Shown here: positions 54,947 to 64,000 of the stretch, one piece after another | How the letters are laid out: the number at the start of each line of letters is the position of its first letter | How positions within the stretch are numbered: position 1 is the stretch's first letter | DNA from: Somniosus microcephalus | Taxonomy: Eukaryota | Direction of reading: 5' to 3' | Length of the DNA stretch: 64,000 nt | NCBI GenBank assembly: GCA_052327205.1 | Contig: JBMRGM010000040.1 | Location: 35,960,001-36,024,000 of the forward strand | Notes under the pieces: generated by a model | The model's input: the letters and a program-made list of their open reading frames with translations, nothing else | Told to the model about the DNA's origin: nothing | Database searches by the model: none | Made by a program: the position numbers and the translations under genes

Positions 54947-55900
54947 TGTAACCATAGGATTTAGTAAAAATTATTAAGATTCTATAACCATTTTTACATA
55001 ACTATAATATGTGAAATTGTATGTTAAAAGCATACAAGCCTGTATAAAATCGCGAATGGCTGAGAGCAAAGCAGGATGGGAAATTATGCCAACCTGACTA
55101 AAAACACTGCTGAGTTTACAATTAATGAAGTAATGGAATGTAGTGCTAAGTTTATGGAGACGAGGAATTCAGCAATATTATGCGTAAAGAGATAAGAACT
55201 AGAGAGGGAGATAGGAGTTGGATACATCCTTCAGTAGTATAGCTATAGGATGGAGAGTCTGTTTAGAAAATGTTCAAGGAAATCCTTTGTGCAAAGTGAA
55301 CATCTAAGATAAGGATACTTAGTAATGCATAGAGACAAAACTACTGGGATCAACCTGGTCATAAAATGGCTACCGAGGGAAGCAAGACTTTTTACCTGGT
55401 GTCAGAGGGTTAATTACTGCCACGTAGGCAAAACGAGAGGTAAAAGGATATAAAGATTCAGGTTTTGAACATCGAAAGCAGCGCACCATGTAGCCAGAGA
55501 TTGATAGCAGCTTCGGTCAACAGAACACAGCGAGATACCAAGGAAGCGAGCTTCGGTCAACAGAACACTGCAAAATCCCAAGGAAGCGAGCTTCGGTCAA
55601 CAGAACACAGCAAAATCCCAAGGAAGCGAGCTTTGGTCAACAGAACACAGCAAACTCCCAAGGAAGCGAGCTTCAGTCAACAGAGCACAGCAACATAAAA
55701 TCAGGAGACCACGCAGCAGTCACTGGGAAGGAACGCCGAGTTCGAGGAACAGACTCTGACTATCTCCTTGTTCAGTACTACTGATTTGTACTGGATGTTT
55801 AATGTTTAATAAACCTGTTTAACTGATACACAATATAGCTGAACCCGGAGTGGTTTGTGTAGTCACGGACACATTATTATAAGAGCTTTTAAAAGCTACA
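54947..55900 (+). repeat. 5' LTR (~954 bp)
   Basis: TGTAAC...GCTACA termini, TATAAA at ~55449, AATAAA at 55808, followed by PBS. Left boundary inferred from the inverted repeat only. Confidence 0.75.
55505..55695 (+). repeat. 40-bp tandem repeat (~5 copies) within LTR
   Basis: aggaagcgagcttcggtcaacagaacacagcaaaatccca at 55541, 55581, 55621 and 55661. Confidence 0.95.
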
Positions 55901-55903
55901 GAT

Positions 55904-55921
55904 TGGCTCCCAACGTGGGGT
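55904..55921 (+). promoter_or_regulatory. Primer binding site, tRNA-Lys1,2
   Basis: TGGCTCCCAACGTGGGGT versus canonical TGGCGCCCAACGTGGGGC (16/18). Confidence 0.9.
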
Positions 55922-56061
55922 AGTGAATATTAATTGAGATCAGGTCTATTGTGCATAAGGCAGGCGTTTGGATTTTCGTTTGGCTTTTCGTCTGATCAAT
56001 TAAAGTTGTTGTGAAAGGTTAGGTTATCTATCAGATAGTGTCTCTTTAAGTTGATATTAGA

Positions 56062-58800
56062 ATGTCGAGTGAGATTGTTTTTTTTAGATTATAAAGCGAA
56101 GTTAATGAAGAAGTGCGATGATGCACAATTGCAGCCATTGATAGTAGAATGTCTAACAAAGGATGTGAGAGTATCTTTGGAGGACGTTTTTGCATTCATT
56201 GAAAAGCAAGTTAAGGAGAAGTGATGGAAGGCGGATAGGGCAGTGCAGCTACTGATCTATGCCGCAGTGTATTGTGTGGAACAAGATAAAGAAACCTTCC
56301 TAGAAATGGAAGATGATCAGGATGAATTAGAAAAAGACAAACTACGGGTGATACAAGACAATCTAACGTTTACGGGTGCAAACTCGCAGCATGTAGAGGA
56401 GAATTTAACGTTTCAGTGGGAAAAGTTAAGAGAGAATCTAACGTTACAGAGTGAAAAGTCAAAATCGGAGAAAGAAGCCTTAGAGTTAAAAAACAAGAAT
56501 ACAATTGTTCAGGGACATGTCGGTGACTCGGCAGCAATAATGCAGCAACAGATTATTAACACCGTTCACGCCAGCGCTGCAATGCAGAACCTTGAAGAGG
56601 CTAAAAGCCAAATAGCCTTCTGAACAAAAGATAATGGCCCAGAAATTCGGGTCCCAACACGTGAGTATGCACGGAGCAATCACGCATGGACCAAATGGAA
56701 CTGCCGGTATCTTGCATGCACTACGCATGCGCGGAAAGCCGGCACTTCCGTTCATCTGAACGAAGGGGTTCAGAGGTCGAACACATGCGTGCGGGAGTCT
56801 GTGCGTGCGTGTTGAACTTCCTTTTTTTTACAGGTTTTTCCGTGCACATAAGTCTCTACATTTTAGAAATGTAATAACCAGGCATAAGGACGTCATTTTA
56901 AAAGGTAAGTGGTCAATTACTTAAAATTGAAATTTTTTTTCCACAGGTTTAATATTTTTAAATACTTTAATCTAAGGTAGGTGTATTTTTAGCTCCGCTT
57001 TAAAAAAATTATTATTTTTTTTTAATTTAAATTATTGTTCAAATTGTTATGTAATGTTATTTATAATTTATTTAAAAAGTGTGATGTGTTTAAAAAAATT
57101 ATTTGAAGGTTAACTACTGTTTTGGTGGCTGGAGTATACATAAGGTTGACAGGTCTGTCTGTCAATCATATGAATGGGCTTTTACCCGCTCCAATTGGTT
57201 GCCCATGGCTCAAGTGATCCCAGTGGACGCATTGCACTAACTACGCCGCTGGATCACGCAAGCGCAGCATGCCGGGAGCTGGAACGGGCCACAGAGAGGA
57301 AATCCACGCAGGCCCAAGCCTCAAATGTCGGTGCGCTAGTTTAGTGTAGGTCGGGGGCTTTCACCTGCGGGAAGCCCCCGACCCGAATTTCTGGGCCATT
57401 GACGGCCTGATCAGTCAACTAAATGAGTCACGAGGGTCCCTTAGAGAGGCTCTTCAGTGTCCCCACAGGGAGTTAGACCACCAACAATGCCACAGTACTA
57501 TACAACAATTAGAAAAACTGTTGGGGAAACAATGGGCTGGAACAGCGGCAGTTACAGGAATAGACTCCCCCGGGTGTTGCGATCAGCAATACGAGAGGTT
57601 AAATGGACAGCTATTCTCTCCCTTGGTGTCTGCTTCCCAAAAGGCCCCCATCTCGTATGCCACCAATAACTTGGCTGGGAGGCCCCCAGCCTACGCGAAT
57701 AACAGTATAAAATCCTCAGTGAGCGAGCCTGTACTTGTTAAAGCCCCAGTTAAAATTCTGACCCGCACCCAAGTGATTCCTAACCCACCACCAGCACCAG
57801 CTGCGGTAGGTGATAAGGCTCAAGCAGCACAAGCAGTACCACCAGCGGCAGGCCCTCCGGGAATGTTGTGGGCAGGTACTTACGAACGATCCAAGCCCCT
57901 GAACTATGCAGAGTTACAGGGATGTGGCCAGCAATTCGGACCAGTTAACCCACATAAATGCTGTCTAGAGCTAAGGCAACGTACAGTGGCATTCCGGAAT
58001 TAACACACCAATTTTGAGGATAGTGACATGAAAAATGTTGTACTGTCTACCCTGACTCCGGATATATGGACCAGTCTCCCATTCCTGGCATTTAATGTGG
58101 GAAATACCCTAAATGCTTTAATCACATACATAAAGACAGCTCTAGGTTTGGATACTATTGATTTGGTCCAGGAATTAAACCAGACCCAACAAGGGGCTCA
58201 TGAGACCCCTGCTGCAATCGGGGATCGGTTGTACACTATTGATGAGATGACACAGGCCCGCCCCAATGCTGATGCATTAAACGGGAAAGATGAAGCAGCA
58301 TTTAAGACAATATACTTAAAGAATATTCAGACCTCACTGCGAACAGCCTTGGGGCACACTGTCACCCACAACTCACAGCGGACCAACCTATTAAGAGATG
58401 CTACTTCTGAATGGGATTATGTAAAATTCAGGTCCGGACACCAATAACAGAAACGCCAGTGAATGTAGTTCAGGGGCCTCAGGCCCCTCCGGTGTCCAAC
58501 TCCTGAAGAAAACAGTTCATATGTTATAACTGTGGAAACGTGTGATACTTTGCAAAGGATTGGCAGAATCCGAGACAGACAGGCTCAGGAGGTGGGAGGA
58601 AGAATAATAATTACTCGAAATATGGTTCGTCCCGCTCACCCAATCCAATGGACTGTAAAATAGATGCCCTAGGCTCACAAAAGGAGAGAATAATGCAAAC
58701 TCTTGCATTGAACCAGAGTTCGGGGAGTCCAGTGGCTCCAGCCATGAGCTCATTATTCCCACCCTCACCACCGCCCCAACAATTTAATGGCCCACAATGA
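56062..58800 (+). pseudogene. gag: ERV gag (coiled-coil N-terminus, PPAY, capsid-like, degenerate CCHC), interrupted by MITE
   Basis: ORF fragments 56243, 57521 and 58028; QQGAHETPAAIGDRL MHR-like; CYNCGNV*YFAKDW knuckle at 58522-58563. Confidence 0.8.
56636..57397. mobile_element. MITE (PIF/Harbinger-like non-autonomous), 762 bp
   Basis: Perfect 18-bp TIR GGCCCAGAAATTCGGGTC, 3-bp flanks AAT/ATT, AT-rich core. Confidence 0.85.
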
Positions 58801-61800
58801 CGGAGTCCCACCCCACTGGCCTGGTCTGAAGTGGGGTTCAGACGAGATGGCCATGGTCGACCAGTTTTCTCAGCTTTGCTGCCTGCGGGCCGACAGCTGA
58901 CTATGCTAATAATCACTGGGTTATCTGTTACAATCCTGCATTCCCCAGACACCGAACTCCAACTTGAAATAGGCAAAAGTAGCGTCGTCATAACGGGAGT
59001 CACCGGTGCACAAGCACCCGTATATCCAGGGGAGGCACTTAGTATTTACCTTGAGACCTTCCCCGTAAAAATACCGATCCATTGTATATGTGTATGACAA
59101 ATAGAATGGGAATACTTGGGAATGATACCCTAAGGGGAATGACAGCTATTATAGATTACAATCAGAACTGTATATGCTTTGAACCTAAACCAGGAGACAT
59201 AGTGCAGATTTCAGACGCTCACGGTGTTTGCTATAAAGAAGCCTGAGCAGATCACGCTGCCGAAACATTCCCTGCCTGTTGTTAAATCCTTAGTGACCAA
59301 ACATGCAGCTGCCTTTGCTATATCTGAACACGACTGCGGGAGAAAGGAAGGGGAAACACAAATTAATGAGCCACTCCATCGTGCAGGCAACTGGTACCCG
59401 ATTCCCCGAGAAAGTATTTTGTATTTGCGAACAGCCATTGTCTCATTAGAAGAACAGGGTCGTTTGCCACTAATTCCCCTGCATGGCCGGTAAGGAAGCC
59501 AGATGGATCGTGGAGGCTTACTATTGATTACCGAGCCCTAAACAAAGCTTCCCCACGTCAGAGTCCGACTGTTAGTCGAGCCCCTTCTCTGTTAACATCC
59601 ATACCCACCAAGGCCACAGTCTTCTCTGCTCTAGGCATAGCGAATGGTTTCTGGAGTACTCCTGTTGCTCAGGAGAACCAGCATAAATTTGCGTTCACTT
59701 TTGAAGGGCAGGGCTACACATTTAAGTGTTAACCGCAGGGGCTTCATAACTCGCCATCGATCTTTCATCAATAAATGGCACAAGAGTTAAAGATTTTTCT
59801 AAACCATCGGTCCATCTACAGTATGTTGATGACCTGCTCCTTGCTACTGAAACAATGGAGGAATACCTAGAACTTCTAGATGAATTGATAGGGTTAGTAC
59901 AGAAGGCAGGGCTCAAAGTAAATCCAAAAAAGGCTCAGCTGGCAAATGATGAGGTTACATTTTTGGGAGTAAAAATTTCAGAAAACGGCCTGTGTCTGGA
60001 CGATCTAAATGTAGAGACTTTTCAGCGGCTTTCACTGCCAGTTTCAAAGACTGCACTGCGATCCTTTCTAGGCCTGGTTGGATATCAATGAAATGTTATT
60101 CCGAACTTTGCAGACTTGGCTAAACCTTTGTATGATCTTTTAAAGGGCGACGTGGAAGAGATACAACCCGTATCGGGAGAATACCATTCTGCTGCGGTTA
60201 GTGCTTTGAAACGAGTCAAGATACAGGCTACAGCTCTCATTTCCCCGGATCATATTCAGCCCCTTCACCTTGAAGTAGGCTCCACCCCTTCCAGCTAAAG
60301 TGCCATTTTAAGTCAGAACCAGGCAATTAATGAGATACTACACCCCATCGCTTATGCCTCACATATCTTACGAGGGCTGGAAGGCACATTCTCAGTGTGT
60401 GATCGGCACCGGTTGGCAATATTTTGGGCTGTCAATCATTTTACTTATATCAGCGGACTACAGAAAGTAATTTTGCATTTACCACACACGCCCCTTAATC
60501 TGCTGCTAAAACCAAGTGAGACTAAGATGCCCTCTCAGCGAATCATACCTTTCTCCTAAACGAACTACACTGATACCCCTTATGCTCGCCTATGAGGGAA
60601 GCTTACACCAGTGTCCATTCCCAGTACTAGATATGGAACCAAATCCAATAAAGGCTAATGTCATACCTGGAACTTGAAATGTGTACATAGACGGATCATC
60701 ATACTATGTGGATGGCCAAACTATAACTGAATGTGCCCTCATTGATATGGACACCCCAAAATTGCCGGTGGGATTTCACGTTCCCGCCCAATCCTCTCAA
60801 CAAGCAGAAGTAATTGTAGTAATTCTCGCCACTCACTACACAATTACGGATGAAACTAATATCTGGTCCGACAGCAGCTACGTCTGGCCCTTCCCCTATA
60901 TCATATAAATGATTTTTGCTCATCAGATGGTAATTCTTTATTACATTCTGCTCTTCTCTGTAAGCTATGGGAAGTGCTCCAGGAGCGATTCGCCCCTTGT
61001 CATGTAGGAAAGGTAGCAGCCCATCAGAAAGCTTGATCCCCCACTCCTTGGTAACCTAGCAGCGGATCGCCTTGTTAACAGTCTATCCAATACCTTGGTG
61101 GGTGATGAATGACACACAGGCACCCGTAGTGGTAGCGGTTACCAAAGTTATAACCATTGATCTCTTGGCCATGCAGGACTCACATACACCCTATGCACAA
61201 GTAATAGCCTAGCATGAGCAAGGGCGCCCATTATCTGCACCAGCCTCATGGGCAGACTTAACTTTAGTACAACATGGTGCGGTGAAAAACCCTCCCCTGC
61301 TCATGGCGAGGAATATAGAGGGAGACTTAGTAGTTTGCATTCCTCCCCAATTGAAGGAAGAGATTCTGGTCCTTTTCCATTCTCACCCTACAGCGAGACA
61401 TTGCTCAGTGGCCACTACACTCCAAAACGTATTACCCGTTTCTTGGTGGCCTGAAAAGGAGCAGCATGTGGAACAATATGTTAATCGCTGCCTGCCATGC
61501 CGACAAACAAACCCTCCTTCATATTCTAATCACTCCTTACTTAGGTCACAGCCTCCTACCGAGGGACCATGGACACACCTGCAGATTGACTTTATTGGCC
61601 CGCTAACAATATCCAAGTGTAACTACGAGTTCACACACGTTGTCATTGTTCAGTTCACTAAATGTTTGGAGGCGTTTCCCACAAGAAATAATACAGCACG
61701 CACAGCAGCCCGAATTCTATGGAGTGAGGTGTTCTGTAGGTGGGGATTATCACTACAAGTGGATAGCGATTAGGGTCCACACTATACGGGGGCAGTTTTC

Positions 61801-62717
61801 ACAACCCCACAAGAAATGTTACAATAAAATATCATTTGCACATTGCCCACCATCCACAATCATCAGGGATCGTGGAGTGGTGGAATCGAACTTTAAAGAC
61901 AATGTTGCAGAAGTTGTGTACTGAACACCCCACTCAATGGACTGACATGTTGCCCTTATGCTTAATGGCAATACGTTCAGCCCCACACGAGACTACGAGG
62001 GTAAAGCCATATGAAGCCATGACTGGGAGGCAGATGCAAATACCAGGACATCAAACACTGGGGAATAATACAACTTTAAAATTGCAACCATGTAGCCAAA
62101 AATGGTTACAAACCCTGATATATTATATGGCCGAGGTGAACAGAATAGTGTCCATTGACACAGGCAAATCACGTGAACAAATCAAGCGATATTATGATAA
62201 GAGGGTCAACCATTTCAGTATGATGTTGGAGACCAAGTGATGTTACGAAATTTCTCTCCAAGGAAACACTCATTCGAGGTAAAATGGACAGGCCTGCATA
62301 CCTTAGCAGATAAAAGAAATCCAGCTGTGTAACATAGAAACATTGAAACATAGAAGATAGGAGCAGGAGAAGGCCGTTCGGCCCCTCGAGCGTGCTCTGC
62401 CATTTAATTAGATCATGGCTGATCATCCGAATTCAGAAACCTACCCCTGCTTTCTCCCCATATCCCTTGATCCATTTAGCCTCAAGAAATATATCTATCT
62501 ACCTCTTGAATATATTTAATGAATTGGCCTCAACTGCCCTGTGTGGTAGAGAATTCCATAGGTTTACCACTCTCTGGGTGAAGAAATTCCTCCTCAACTC
62601 AGTCCTAAATGGCTTACCCCTTATCCAGTGTACCTACTGAATGTTCCATATGGTCCAAAGGGAGAATGTAAACGTAAATGGATCCATATCAGCCAGATGG
62701 AAACTGTTACGAATTAA
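58801..62717 (+). pseudogene. pol: ERV pol (protease, RT, tether, RNase H, integrase) with stops and frameshifts
   Basis: LIITGLS (decayed DTG), WRLTIDYRALN, PQGLHNSP, YVDD at 59822, YIDGSS..AE..SDS RNase H, HHCC, GPWTHLQIDFIGPL, HHPQSSGIVE. Confidence 0.93.
62332..62627 (-). mobile_element. CR1 3' end inserted in integrase C-terminus
   Basis: CR1 tail with GTGTA duplication; removal restores NPAVYLL...KWIHISQM. Confidence 0.88.
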
Positions 62718-62743
62718 GATGTTACATTCTGGTCTACCCACAG

Positions 62744-64000
62744 ATCAGAGATGTAGCGCTGCTAACTGATATTGATGATTGGATGTGCAGTGAAACTTCT
62801 GGAGGTACATCTGTACACTGGGCGAAGGAGGCAAATGCGCCCCATTCCCCATCTATGGAATGGAACCTCCAATCATTGGTGGACATAAACAATCAAAAGA
62901 CCGTAATGGTACATCTGAGACATATAAGGAAGATGTTCACGTTTGGATTTGAAATAGTACAAAAGATAATATAACAACACCATACGTAATGGGTTGTGGT
63001 ACATTACAAGGCAAGGTGTATAGTTGCGAAATAAATCACGGAGATGGTGTGTGTTTCAGATGCAGGAAAGGGACAACAAAAGCCCAAATATATGGAAATT
63101 CCTGAAGAAAAGTAATTGGATCTGGGAACATGTACAAGAATCAAACCAGGGCCCAGTGGTCTCGAAAAGGAAGGAAAATATACAATTGTGCTGGGCTCGG
63201 TGGTGTAAGAAAAAGACCGGTCAGTATTCTTATATTGGATCAAATATTATCACGAAACTTAAAAATCAGGATGATGAATGGCCTCCTATCCACGAATATA
63301 ATGTAAAGATTACTAATTCAGCAGGATATGAGATTCCCAAAGATAATGTAGAGATCACCTCAGCAGAAAACAAACACTATATGGTACCCTTTAGCCGTTG
63401 GGGGAAATTAGAAGCATTCCAGATTTGTCAGTTACCAGGATCCCGGGCATGAAAATACCATGGTAGAATTCAAAGATTCAATAACTGGGTGTATGAGGGA
63501 AGGTGGATATGTCTACAGCGTTGAACTCACACGTTATAAGAAAACAAGCCATTCAGAACCCCAGGAAGAACTGGAGAAACAATGTCCCCACTTAAAACCG
63601 GGACCTGGGAACGGCCATGTAATTATACCCACCTCTAAAGCAGTTTATCATCAAGTAATACCGGAATTGGCCCCTGTTATCCTCAGTTTAACAGAACTAA
63701 TACTACCAAAGTGCTGCCCTGACAAAACAGCGCAATTGACTGAAAGAATGTTGCAGCAAGTTTTTAACCAATACTGGGAAAATGCGACTTTGTTGGCAAG
63801 CATGCAGAAAACAGAAGGGGCCTTCCGCCATGAGCTTAGTACCACTCAAGAGGAAAGCCAGGAAAAGAATAGACAGAAAAGATGATTAATAAATGATGGC
63901 CTCACGGATTCCAACAAAGTAACCTGAGTAATCAACGCAATGACAACTGCAGATTTACAGAGTCAATTACAGACGGTAAGGGAAGAGTTGAAGGAGATAT
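62744..64000 (+). pseudogene. env: ERV env (partial, decayed)
   Basis: Candidate acceptor ctacccacag at 62743 just after the pol stop; ORF fragments with Cys/Trp; RQKR furin site at 63871-63882 followed by fusion-peptide-like and heptad sequence. Confidence 0.75.

Larger units (their letters stand above)
54947..64000 (+). mobile_element. Endogenous retrovirus, lokiretrovirus/spuma-related, decayed, 3' end outside the window
   Basis: LTR-PBS-gag-pro-RT-tether-RNaseH-IN-env order. Confidence 0.9.

Noticed and set aside
54947-64000. Calling the ERV a true foamy virus or a Gypsy retrotransposon
   Set aside because: The CCHC knuckle and in-frame gag-pol argue against foamy; the second RNase H, YVDD and env argue against ordinary Gypsy. 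Phylogeny is still needed.

Overview
Repeat-dense vertebrate genomic DNA, most likely from a cartilaginous fish (shark). The evidence is abundant CR1/L2 LINE relics, a Deu-domain SINE, Penelope tails, a GPR139-like GPCR and RI-like LRR exons. Host genes: two LRR exons of an NLR/ribonuclease-inhibitor-like gene (minus strand, left edge) next to a 5.8 kb G-rich simple-repeat block, and an intact two-exon GPR139-like receptor (minus strand, 46272-50416). Positions 6-28 kb hold a ~3.5 kb segmental duplication and six copies of an unannotated module with conserved minus-strand splice signals. The most notable feature is a decayed endogenous retrovirus from 54947 to the window end. It has a ~950 bp LTR, a tRNA-Lys1,2 (foamy-type) primer site, a coiled-coil Gag with a CCHC knuckle and an in-frame TGA-CGG gag-pol junction. 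It also has a YVDD RT, two RNase H-like domains, an integrase, and an env with a furin site and heptad repeat. This combination fits a lokiretrovirus/spuma-related lineage rather than a Gypsy element. No searches were run; family assignments come from motif recognition.
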